Source of the DNA: Moniliella sp. 'wahieum'
Lineage: Eukaryota
NCBI GenBank assembly: GCA_003971905.1
Contig: RSEE01000117.1
Location: 1 to 64,000, forward strand
DNA: 64,000 bases
Direction of reading: 5' to 3'
The notes beneath the pieces were generated by a model. That model was not told where the DNA came from and ran no database searches. It saw only the letters and a program-made list of their open reading frames with translations. Numbering within the stretch: the stretch's first letter is position 1; every line of letters starts with the position of its first letter. A program made the translations under genes and the position numbers. This document shows, in pieces, positions 40,048-51,488 of the stretch.

Positions 40048-40951
40048 AACCGCGAATGAGACCTTCGAGGGCCGCTTTCATCCTCTCCATATCCTCTGGC
40101 TCCTCTGGCTCCTGCGCCAGTTCCGGGCCCTCGAGCGAGCCGAGCTCGGCGGTGGATTTAGCCTGGCCGAGCTTGCCATCGGTGATTTCGTACATGATCT
40201 TGTCCACCTCTTCGTCCGCCTCGGCTTCCAGCTCCTCCTCATCTTCCCCAGCGGACCACTTTCCAGCGTGTCCTCCATCATCTCCTCCAAAATGCCAGCC
40301 TGGGAACGAACATCTAGCGCGTTAGTACACTGCATTGTCTTCCTGCTTTGGGGATCGGAACCAGGTCCAGATTGCAGATTGCAGAATGCACATTGCAGGT
40401 TGCAGGTGCAGTGGGCAGTTCTGTTCCGTCCTGGGTCCAGGCCTGTTCTGTACGATCCTGTTCTTCGTTGTTCTGGCGCGGGACGTACCTTCATCATCTC
40501 CTGGCTCATCAAGCGCATGGACTGTTGCAGCTGGGGCAAGCGGAGGAGCTGGTTGGACAATTTCATCACCTCAGCCGACTTTTGCATGGCACCAGTGACT
40601 TTGAACATGGCCATTTGTTGTTGGAGCTGGAGCTGGATCGAGTTCATGCGTGCCTTACCTACGACCAGGCGTTGGCGGCGGTGGCGTGCCAAGGCAATTT
40701 CCTTGGCGAGCATGCGCGCATTCTTCACGTCGCCCTTTTTGGCGAGCCGCTTAGCTTCGGCCTTGGTCTTGGCGCTGGATTGGTCCAGGGAGCGGATTTC
40801 GCGGTCGAGTGCGCGTTGCTCCGACCGCAGTTGGGACTGCACGCCACGCACCCTCTCTGTAGCACGCGACGGGTTAGCTGGGGCTCGGGCGGGGGGGGAC
40901 GTACGCACCCTCTTGGGTAGGGCCAAAGAGGAAGCGCTGGACGGATTGCAT
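40046..40951 (-). CDS. VPS24: ESCRT-III subunit Vps24/CHMP3 (Snf7 family)
   Basis: MQSVQRFLFGPTQE|...LRSEQRALDREIRSL...KKGDVKNARMLAKEI...KARMNSIQLQLQQQMAMFKVTGAMQKSAEVMKLSNQLLRLP...MSQEMMK|AGILEEMMEDTL...MERMKAALEGLIRG*; two introns. Confidence 0.93.
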
Positions 40952-41411
40952 GGCAGCAGCGCGATGCGATGGGGCGGCCGGGGGGGGCGGGATGTGGCGG
41001 TGGCGGCGGTGGGGTGGGTGGGGCTACGCCAGGCGGAGGCCAGTTGGTCGCTCTGCTGGTGGCTGCCGCCGTCCACGTTCAACCGTTGAACGTTGAACGT
41101 TGATTATCGATTGGGCTTCGAGCTTGAATGTTGAAGCTGCATGTCGATAGCAGGTGCCACCCGCGGTAGGGTTGGCTCTGGGCGCTAGGGCTGCGTGTCG
41201 CAGCTGACGTAGTATTACGTCACACCCACCCGCGCGTGTGTCGGCGGCACTGCGAATGTGATGGGGCTGCGTCATGCCATTGTCATAACCTGCCGCCTGG
41301 AAGCTGCCCTGGGCTAACCTAACCCATCCACAGCTGCCCATCGGCCCCCATCGACCATCGACCATCGCTGCCGGGCTGCTGCCACCACGCCCGCTGCCTG
41401 TGCTGCGCCCC

Positions 41412-43392
41412 ATGCGCCTCTTCTTCCAGCCGGGCGCCGCGCGCTGCCTGCCGCTGCCCTTGCTGCCGCCCATCCGCCGCGGCCCTTGCGCCTGCCCCCC
41501 ACCTTCCCCGCCCGCTCCCCCGCACTGCCGCCGCCGCCCCCCCGCCCCCGCGCCCAAGCGGCACCGGGGCCTCCGTCTTCTGCTCGGCCTGGGCGTGGCG
41601 CTGGGCTTGGGGTGGCAAGCCGACCAGACGTGGAACTGCACGCTCGAACGCACCATCCGCGTCCTGTACATGGGCCTTGTGCTGGCTGCCGACTACAAGC
41701 TCAACTTTGACCCCGACTCGCTCCCCGCGATCGAAGCGTTGCACGAGCGCAGTGCGCGCATACTTGCCATGTGCGAGCGCAACGGGGGCTTGTACGTCAA
41801 GCTCGGCCAGGCCATTGGGAGCAACGCGGTCATCCTCCCGCCGCCGTACAAGCGCCTAGCCAAGCTCTTTGACGATGCGGAGAAAATGCCGTTTGAGACG
41901 GTGCGCAAGGTGGTGGGGCAAGAGCTAGGACGCGCATTGGAAGAAGTGTTTGTCGAATTTGATCGAGAACCCGTGGGTGCAGCATCGATTGCACAGGTCC
42001 ACGTCGCTCGTCTGCACCCGTTGCCAGGACAGGAACAAGGCCAAGTCGTCGCGGTCAAAGTGCAACGACCTGAGATTCGCAAACAGGCCAAGGCGGATCT
42101 GTGGTGCTTCCGTGTCCTGGTTCATCTGTACGAGCGAATATTCGAGCTGCCCCAGTCGCCGGCTGCGCAGTACAGTCATCAGTGACCAGATTGAAGTACG
42201 TTGGGCCCTGTCTCCTCTTCGTTTCACCCTTGGGGCTGGTGCGTAGCCCAACTGCAACTGACCCCACCCACCCTTGCCTCCTTTTTTTTAGAAAGAGACG
42301 CGATTTGACCTCGAGGCTGCTAATGCCCGCCTGGCACGGGAGGGCGTCCAGCACAGTCCTACCCCCATTGTGCGCAACACGTGCTACGTGCCCTGGGTAT
42401 CCGAGCAGTGGACCACGCCGCGCATGTTGGTCGAGGAGTACATTGGTGATTCGTGCAATCTGATCGATCGGGAGGCGATGGGTCGCATGGGTGTATCCAA
42501 CAAGGCCGTCGCTCAAAGTGTGATGGAGGTCTTTGCGGACCAAATCTTTCAGAGCGGGTTTGTCCAGGCTGACGGCCATCCAGCCAACATTTTGGTCCGG
42601 CAACATCCGCACTGGCGACCACGCTGGTGGCACAGGTGGGGGCGGGGGTACGTGCCGCACCAAGTCGTGCTGATTGACCATGGGTTGTATGTCCGTCTCT
42701 CGCCGCAGTTCCGCAGGGAATACGCAGAACTCTGGCGCGCGATTTGGGAGGTGGACATTCCTGTCCTGGAGCGCATCACGACCGAGTGGGGCATGGACCC
42801 TTCCTCGGCCGATCTGTTTGCGTCGGTGACCCTGATGCGTCCCTGGAGCCGGGGGAAATCCAAAGAGCCCGCCCGGCCCAGGACGAGCGAACTAGAGCGC
42901 GCTCGGAGGATGAAAGAGACGCTGAAATCGTTTCTGGTCAACGTAGACCTGGTCCCAATGGAACTCATCTTTGTCAGTCGCGCCCTGCGCATCGTTCAAG
43001 CCAACAACCAAGCTCTGGGATCGCCCGTCAACCGACTCAACATTCTTGCCCGCCATGCGGCCGATGCGCTGATCCAAGAGCGCACAGCCACCCTCTGGCG
43101 CGTGCTGTTTGCCCCGCCGGGGTCAGAACGCCTTAGCGCCCGGTTGGCCGAATGGGCACACAACCGCCAGGCGTACTTGACGTTCCATTTCGTGCTGGTG
43201 CTGGTGGGTGTGGCGTTCCAGGTGTCGCGAATAACGCACTGGTTCCGCTGGGTGTTTGCTCTGCCGCTCGCGTACATCGGCGCAGCGAACCCAGCCAAGC
43301 AGGGTGGGTTTGAGGATGACCTCGAGATCCAGATGCGGGAGCTGGCCCGCAGCGAGTTTGGGGTGGAGCTGGACGAAGACTCGTTTGTGTAA
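41412..43392 (+). CDS. ABC1/UbiB/ADCK atypical kinase (ADCK1/Mcp2-like, probably mitochondrial)
   Basis: NGGLYVKLGQ (KxGQ), GAASIAQVH, VAVKVQ, ADGHPANILV and LIDHGLY; intron at about 42196-42290. Confidence 0.92.
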
Positions 43393-43919
43393 GCGATGGC
43401 CATCGCCCCGCCGCGGTCTTTCGTCGTCCCGAACATCGCCGCCTCGACCCGGAGCGATGCTGCTCCGGCTGTGCATGGCAATACCCCGCCCCGCTCACCA
43501 CCACCGCCTACATTGCCATCTGCTGCTCTCTCTTGATCGCATCGCTTGCATTCCTGCGGCCCACATGTCATTGTCTGTGTTGTCCGCAGCACACAGAAGC
43601 GACGGTTTTAAGTAGACGCGGCCGCCACCCCCGCCCCCAGACAGCCCCCGTGCCACGTGGACGCAGCGCCATACAGTGGGGTGTCTTATGTCAGCAGAGC
43701 GGGGCCGCCGTTCCCGCGTTACCGGTTACCCACCGCTTCCGTTGGGCCAGCCCGCGCGGGGCACCTGCCCAGTGTGCCGCGGCTGGGGCTCAGCCAGGCA
43801 CCGCCCCCACCCCCATCCCCATCCCATCCACATCCACCCCGCGTCTTCTTCTTCTTCTTCTCTTCTTCTTCTCTTCTTCTCTTCTTCTTCTGCCCCCCCA
43901 CCCCCCCCCCCCCCCCCCC

Positions 43920-45947
43920 ATGGACGCCCCCCAAACATTCGCCGCCCCCCCCATCGGCCCCGCCCCCGAGCCCGCCGACACGGATCTGGCGGCGGAGATC
44001 AAGGCGCTCGTCAACAGCCCCACCGAAAAGTACCGCATTGCCTTCATCCACCCCGACCTCGGCATTGGTGCGTGTGTCTGCCTGTCTCTGCTGTGCCCTG
44101 CCTCTTCTCGCCTGCGCGTGCTCACCACCCTCGTTTCCTTTCTCCAGGCGGCGCCGAGCGGCTCATGGTCGATGCTGCGCTCGGTCTCCAAAAGCTCGGG
44201 CACGAGGTGACCATGTACACCTCCTACCACGACCCCACCCACTCCTTTGAGCCCACCCGACGGCACGCTGGACGTGCGCGTGGCCAAGACGTGGATTCCG
44301 CGCAGCTTTCTCGGAGCCTTTCATCTGCCGCTTGCGTTGATGCAGTCGCTTTCGTTGGTGTTTCAATTGCTCGTGGCCCACTTGGCATTCAGCTATCCGG
44401 GCACGTTCCCCTTTCGCTTTGTATACGACCTGTATTCCAGTCTGTCGCCTGTCGAGGCGTACGACATGATCTTCATTGACCAGATCCCTGCTGGCATCCC
44501 CTTTCTCCGTCACCTGAGTGGCGCGAGAGTGGTGTACTACTGTCACTTCCCCGACAAGGAGATTGGGAATAGCATTGCGTTGCAGCGCGCGCGGGACCGC
44601 GGACAGAGTGGACCGAGTGTGCTGCGCAAGGTGTACCGCATCCCATTTGACTTTTACGAGGAAATGACGACCGATTCAGCCGACAAGATTTGGTAAACTC
44701 GGGCTTTACTCAACGTCAGTTCATCACCAGCTTTTACCGGCTGCGTCGGCTGCCGCGCGTGCTGTACCCTGGGATTGACGTGAAGCCTACACGGCTGCTG
44801 CCGTCGCTAAGGGCGTCGCATCTCTCTCTGTTACCAACGAGATGCAAAAGAGAATTGTCCGCCTGGCCACCACGACGGTGGGACGACCGAGTTTCCTTTC
44901 GATCAACCGGTTTGAAGCCAAGAAGAATGTGGTGTTGGCGGTGGATGCGTTTGCGATTCTGTACAGCAATGTGGAGGAGACGCAAGGCGAAAGTGAGGCA
45001 CGCAAACTACGTCTGATCTTGGCTGGCGGGTACGACCATCGGGTGCAAGACAATCTGTTGACGCTGGAGGAACTGCAAAAGCAATGCGACAAGCTCAAAC
45101 TGAGCTTTGTCACACTACGCTACTCGTACCAGCAAGGCGAAGTGACGCCCTTAATCGCCTTGCCCAACGACGACCAAGTGGACCATGCACAAGTTATCTT
45201 CCTTCCCAGCTTGCCTGGACCGCTACTTCCCGCGCTCTTACGCCAGGGGGACATGAAAGCGCTTCTCTACACTCCGACCAACGAGCACTTTGGCATTGTG
45301 CCCGTCGAGGCCATGGCCGCTGGCCTGCCTGTCGTGGCGACCAACACGGGCGGACCAGTGGAAAGCATTGTAGATGCGACCGAGTACGTCAATTCCTTCA
45401 TCGCCGCGTCGGACGATCCGTTTGAACGCATGAAAGCGCTCTCGGCGCGCACGCACGTTGGTACAGGCCTGCTGCGCGCAGCCAACAAAGTGTCCTGGGC
45501 CGCAGCGGCGCAGCAGCTACTTGACCTTCCGCCGGAACCTCGTAAGGCCATTGCTGCTGCCGGAGCACGCCGCGCTCATCTCATCTTCTCCGACGAGAGG
45601 ATGACGCTTTCCCTCGACACGGTGATGCGCGAGTGCGCAGCCATGGGCCGCGTACGCGGAGATGAAGGCTTGATCCCCCTGGCAGCTACAGCATTGCGTA
45701 TGTCTAATCCCTTCCTTCCTTCCTTTCCCTTCCCTCCATTTTGTTCCGATGGGAACAGAGACGCTGACGAACACACTGCCATCACTACCATACCTACCAC
45801 AACTACCACCACTTGACGGACTTGGGGGTGCAAGTGGGTGCGATGGCCTACGCTGCCTTTTTCACCCTGGCCTTGAAGAATGGCCGGCTGGACTTTGTCC
45901 CGTTTGCGCCCGTGCTGCGGGAGTACTTTTTCCCTCAAGCGTAACTT
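43920..45947 (+). CDS. ALG2: Alpha-1,3/1,6-mannosyltransferase (GT4), N-glycan precursor synthesis
   Basis: RIAFIHPDLGIG|GAERLMVDAALGLQ, YYCHFPDK, FLSINRFEAKKN, LAGGYDHRV and LLYTPTNEHFGIVPVEAM. 3' end approximate. Confidence 0.95.
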
Positions 45948-46426
45948 AGCCCGAGGCTGGAGGTGCGAACGAAATGAGTGGATAAGCTAGCTTCAACAAG
46001 GAGATGGGGGGGGCTTGGTGCGAAGGAGAGGAGCGGTAGGAGGTAGAGGTAGAGGTAAAGATAAAAAAGGTAAAGGTAGGAGTTGAGGAGAGGTAGATAG
46101 AAACAAAAAAGGGAGCAACAGAGGGAAGCAAGGGAAGCAAGGGAGGAAGGAAGGGAGGAAGGAAGGAAAGGAGGAAGGAGGGAGGAGGAAAGGAGGAAGG
46201 GACCCCAAATCCGGCGCAGCCCAGCACGGCCACCGACTTCACCAGGGAATTGGTCGCAAAGGGGTGGGCACGAAAGACGAGGGTGAGGTATGGAGGCGAT
46301 TCAAGGGAGAGATAGGTCGTGCACAAGCCGGGAGGGGAGGGCGGGGGCGAGGGTGCGCAACCGTCCCATCCCATGTCATGCCATGTCATCTCATGCAATC
46401 GCCCCTCCGTTCCGCCCCGAGGCGCA

Positions 46427-49400
46427 TTACAGGTTGGCATCTTCGATCGACTCGACCGGGTCGTAGCCGGGCAAGCGGTTCTTGTCCAAACGGGTCGGTG
46501 CCCGCGCTGGTAGTGGAGGAATGAGAGGCATGCGTAGGTGCGCCGAGTGGGATCTCGGCTGGGTTCCAAAACGAGCCGGAGGAGGAAGCGGAAGCCGAAG
46601 CTGAAGCCGAAGCCGAAACTGAACCTGAACCTGAACCTGAACCTGAAGCTGAAGCTGAATGGCCCGGTTCATCCGAGGGAAAGAAGTTCGGACCTGCGTC
46701 GGCTGCTGCGTGAACTAGCGCGTAAGGTCAAGCTAGTTCGTTTGGATTCCAATTGGACCAAAGTTTGTTCGAGTTGGTGTTGGATGCGAGCGATTTGATC
46801 AGCGACGACGGCGGTCGTACGTTTTGGACTTCGGATTGGATGCGGCCTTCGTCTGTGGACGCATGGCCCTGGCCCGATCCCACATCTTCATCTAACAGTG
46901 CAAGACTCATTCTCGATACGCCAGCGTCGGCATGGCTGTCGAAGGAACTACTTCCGATCGCGCCGCGTGCGGAGAGGGAGTCGGCAGACGATGGCCTTGG
47001 CCTCGCGGGAGAGATTCCTCCAGCCCGCCAGGGAGGGGAAGAAGTGTGTCCGTGTTGGGACGAAGGGCCGAGGGAAGACGCTGGGGAGGGCAGCACGTCC
47101 TGTGCGCCATCCATCAACGAGCGCATTTCCACCACCATTTGTTCTCGTTCGGAGCTGAGGGCGCGCATGGCTTCTTGCATCTGAGTGAGTTGGGCTTGAG
47201 CTTGTTCGCGTGCGGCCTCAGTTTCCTTCAACTGAGTTTGGAGGGCAAAATGTGCACGTCGCGCTGGTGAGCGCACGAGAGAGACTAATGCTCTCCTTAC
47301 GTTGTCGATCAAGACGTGCACGTAAACCCGTGGCTTCCTGGGTCAAACGAGCGACCAAGGACTGAATTTCGTCCACGCGTTCCCGCCACGTTTCCGATTC
47401 AGTCAACAAAAATACCAGCCGCTTGTGCAGTCGTCCAATCCTACTCTCCAGCCGATCCCTCGTATCGACAAACTCATCAATCCGCGTTCGTACCGTCACC
47501 TCTGCCTCGGTCGGCGCAGCAGGCAAGACCATCTTTTCTTTTTGCGTGTCAAGCCGGCTTTTTCCAACACGCTACGCAACGTGCCTGATCGCGGCGCTTC
47601 TCCCAACGCGCGGTCCAACGCACCAAACACCGCACACGCGTCCCACCACGTAGGCGGGGCGAGCGGGTCGTAGGGACTGTCTTCCGTTTTGCTTAGCGGA
47701 CGGAACGCGCCCGAGGGAAAGGCGACAGTCAATTCCTTCGCTGGCGTTTGCCGGTTCCACGTTTTCATGCTTTCGTTCGGGAAAACGGCATAGAGATGGC
47801 GCATACGACGAGCGCGCAGTGCGCCAGTGGAAGGGAGGTGCGCAGGGAAGCGTTTGGCTTCAACACTGGTTGCGATCTAGATTGACAATGCACACTTCGG
47901 GACCCAAGGTGAGCGAAGGCAAAATGTACGTTGCAACACCGATGAGCCAACTGCCTGGATCGGCACAGTGGAAGCGCGCGTCACGCGCATGACAGGTAAA
48001 GTGCACTGCGCCTTGCCAGCTGCGCAGCCCGACCAACGTCTCGGCCGTGACGACGGCCAAGCTGACCAAAGATTCGTACTGTGACGTGAAGAGGACTTTG
48101 CCGCCCGGGCTCAGGGCACTTCGCACAGGGTCAAATGTGGTCCAGGGCCAAGGTTTTAAACAGGGGCCAAATGGCAAAATCGCAATTGGCTGCCAACTGG
48201 GCGGGCGAAGCGCCTTGTTCGCCCCAACAGTTGGCAGGCGGCAGAGGAAAAGGCATGGTGGCCTGTAGTGCCATCTCGCTCTCTGGACCGGGAAGCACAA
48301 TGGGCCAACCGGAAGGCGGGGCGGGCTGCTCCAACAGACGCAGCATGAGCGCTTGGTGCTTGTCCATCTGACGACTGTACAAACAACCAGGCGAGCTTGT
48401 TGAGATCGCCAAGTAAGTTGAACAGCGGGTGGATGGAGAGGAGGCAGAGTGCATAGGGAATGTACAGTGGTGCACCATCGTCATTGGCCAGCGGGGAGGA
48501 GGAGAGGTCTGCTGGCCAGCTCGGTTCGAATGCTCTCTCTCCGCTGTGCATCAGCGGCTGACCAGACAGTCAAGACGACGCCATAAAAGCGCACGGTCCG
48601 CTGGGCGGCAGTGAGGCTGCGCAAAGCCTTGCCAGGCTGGTTGGCGCTTCGATGGGTGCCTGGCAGTTGAAGAGGTGCAGACGAGCTTGAGGTTTGGGGC
48701 CAGCCATAACCTCGACTTCGCGGGTAAAGGACAACTGAGCGCTTTGGCCATCAACTTGGACGTCAGTACCCGATCTGTGCCCCCGGCACATTGGGGATCT
48801 CGATCAGCTTGGCGGCCTTGTCGGGCTCGGTGGTGGAGGTGTGGACAGAGGAGGCAGAGCACCCAAGTACCTCGGGCCGCAAGAAGCGCGGGATGGCGCC
48901 GGGGGTGTGGGTCGTGCCCTGCACCGAGTCGGACTCGGTCATGGTCCACATCGAAGGAGCCTTGGGTAGCTAGAAGAATGGTGGCGCAACAGGCATGCCG
49001 GGTCAGATCTCAGAAGAAGGTGAGGAGGGAAGGGATGGGATGGGAGGCAGACAGGACGTACGCCAAAGATAACGAGAGCTGGGCCAAGGTGCTGGGTTTG
49101 TGGGCGGTGGCCAGGACCTGGTTTTCGACGCGGATGCGCGCCTCGAGGCCGAGATGGGCGGGGTGGGGAGGTGGGCGGAGGAGGGCAGGGGGCCCGAGTA
49201 GGGCGACAGGGGCTTGGCGGGGAACGCATTCACGTCGGCCGAGAGACGGAGGGGGGAGGGGACGGGCACGGCCGAGGGTGGGTCGGCGGGGGCGGGGGCG
49301 GGGTTGTGGGGGCCGGGGATGGGGATGGGCATTTGGATTTGGATTTGGACTTGGATTGGCAGGGGCAGGGGCGGGGGGCGGCGTGGGGAGGGGCTTGTTG

Positions 49401-49502
49401 ATGCGGGTGGGGGGGGCTGGCCTGGGCCCCTGTCGGGCTCGAGGGAGGGCACGACGAGGGCATGAGCGCCGACGACGACAGAAGCGACGGCGACGACGGC
49501 AT
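46427..49502 (-). CDS. DENN-domain protein with C-terminal coiled coil (putative Rab GEF; frameshifted, ends approximate)
   Basis: FYGVVLTVWSAAD (uDENN), YIPYALCLLSIHPLFNLLGD, DFAIWPLFKTLALDHI, KVLFTSQYESLV, WQG, PGSWLIGV and VCIVNLDRN (cDENN), followed by coiled-coil ORFs 47218-47532 and 46728-47321; intron 49061-48970. Confidence 0.8.
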
Positions 49503-51343
49503 GGCCGGCCAGGCAGGCAGGCGAGTGGGCTGCGGTGAATATTCAGTTGAATGCTGCTGAGGCTCAAGGCAGCTCTGCTCTTTTGGCGCTCTCAGATCAG
49601 CATCTCAGGCGCAGCACCGACCGCCACCGCAGCGCCGATCATGTCCATCTCACTGGTCACCCTGCCACCCACCTCGTGCATGCCCCCTGCCCCCTGCCGC
49701 CGCCTCTGTCAGGCGCAAGCCACGGCGCCCACTCCGCCCACATCCACCGCCGCAGCTGTGCTCGCCTGCGCCGTGCCGCGCCGCTGCTCCCCCGTCTCAG
49801 CCATCAGCCGTCCCATGCATCATCCGTCATCCACCGTACTCCTCTCGCATCCATCTCCCGTCTCGCCCTGTGCGCCACGCGCGCTTCGCGCTTACCTTGG
49901 CGCTCAGCCGTAGCCCCGCCGCCAGCCCCCCGCCCACACACAGCCCCCCCGCCAGCGAGCGATCGGCACCAAGTCAGAGCAGGCACAGGGGCGCTGTGCG
50001 TGGGTGCCAGGCACACAGCGCACACCAGGCACACGTCTGGAGCGAGCACCGAGCAACGAGCAACCCTATCGACGATCCCTCTCCCTCCCCCCCTTTAAAA
50101 TTCAAATGAAAACGACGGTGGTAGTGTTACAGTCTTCCCGCCGCAGCAACTGCCAGGGTGTGGGGGGAGGATCGTCCAACCCCCCGACCAGCAACCTCCT
50201 GAAGAGGATACAGCGAGAGATGGTGTGCCCGCGGCCGCCGTTCCGCCTCTGTTCCGCCCACCTGACTCTTGGCGCCTCTCCAGGAGCTGTCCCCTGATTG
50301 CGTCCCCCACCACTTGTTGCCCTGCCTTGCTCGCCCCCACAGAATGGTGAGCGTTGATCCACCGGGTATCTGGCGTGTGTTTGGTCTACGTCCCTTCAGA
50401 CCCTCCTCAGGCCTGCGAATTCCGGTGTTCTCTGCTGCTGCTGGTTTCCTGCTCCGCAGCGTAGCCCTGGTGGCGGCTAGCTGCTTGATGTTCCTCTGGA
50501 GGCATTGCTGGTTGTTGGTTTAGACCGCCGCCGCCACCGGTGCGATTGCATCATCCTCGAGGTCCAGCAGGACTCCACGTCTCAGATCTCACCCGAGATC
50601 GAGTCACTAGTCAGAGAGTAGTCTCAACTAAGGTCAGTCCTGAGGCTCAGGACCGAGGGGGGTCTCCTGCTATATCTATTGTGCTCCTGCTGGTTCATAT
50701 CATGATACGTACTGCAGATGCCCCCCACGTAACCGGGTAACCCTTGCGCATCGTCTTTGTCTGGAGAAGAAGGACAAACAAGAAGCTGGCCAGAAAAGGA
50801 AAGAAGCCGATTGCGGCCCGCTGCCGCGAGAAAAATATATAGGAGGGGACGTGCGCCCTCCGCACCCGCCCGCTGATCGAGGCTTCGCCCAGCGCAGACA
50901 GGTGCAGTGCCTGGCCGCCGCCCAGCCCCCACCCAGCCCGCCCACCCTCCTTCGGCTGAAGTGGGGGCGGGTGGGCCAGAGCGTATGCGTGCCTGTTCAT
51001 GACGTTCATGCCATATGAATGGGTGCGAGCGTCGCCTAGCTGTGGCCCCACAGCCTCCCAAGCTCTCAAGCATCGCTTCCATCCTCTCTTCATTAGTACT
51101 TAGTCGCGATCGCATCGCATGATAATAATGCTTCAATTGCATCATACGCCCCTCCCCTCCACCGGAAGACAGAAGCTTATGCACCCCCATTCGCCACCGG
51201 CAGCCTCTCCAGCCCGCGTTCGCCGGTTAGCCTCCTCCGCCCCCACTGTACTGTACTCATTCCTGTTGTGGATATACCGTTGATGACGTTGATGGGATGG
51301 GTTGCGATGGGATGCATCGGCTACTGTGCTTCGCTCGGTGGGC

Positions 51344-51350
51344 TATAAAA
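51344..51350 (+). promoter_or_regulatory. TATA box candidate (TATAAAA)
   Basis: About 145 bp upstream of ATG 51489 and followed by a pyrimidine-rich leader. Confidence 0.45.
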
Positions 51351-51488
51351 GCCCATCCACCCTTCGTCCCGCCGACCCTGCCTCCCTGACCCGCCTCCGT
51401 TTCCCACCCTTCGCGCGCAACCTCCTTGTGACGACCCACCAGGCACCCTCACCACACGTCCCGTACCAACTCGTATTGTCTACCCGCA

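Noticed and set aside
39872..41089. 405-aa plus-strand ORF, and similar long ORFs such as 35428-36057, 18029-18751, 48675-49538 and 51579-52424
   Set aside because: These are antisense shadows of real genes or repeats in GC-rich DNA, with no recognisable motifs.
32792..49502. Dense gene block as a functional or biosynthetic cluster
   Set aside because: The genes are functionally unrelated housekeeping genes with no backbone synthase.
50190..50345. Possible ubiquitin-conjugating enzyme N-terminus (NLLKRIQREM|ELSPD...) with a plausible intron
   Set aside because: No downstream E2 core (HPN motif, catalytic Cys) was found; at most a tiny relic.
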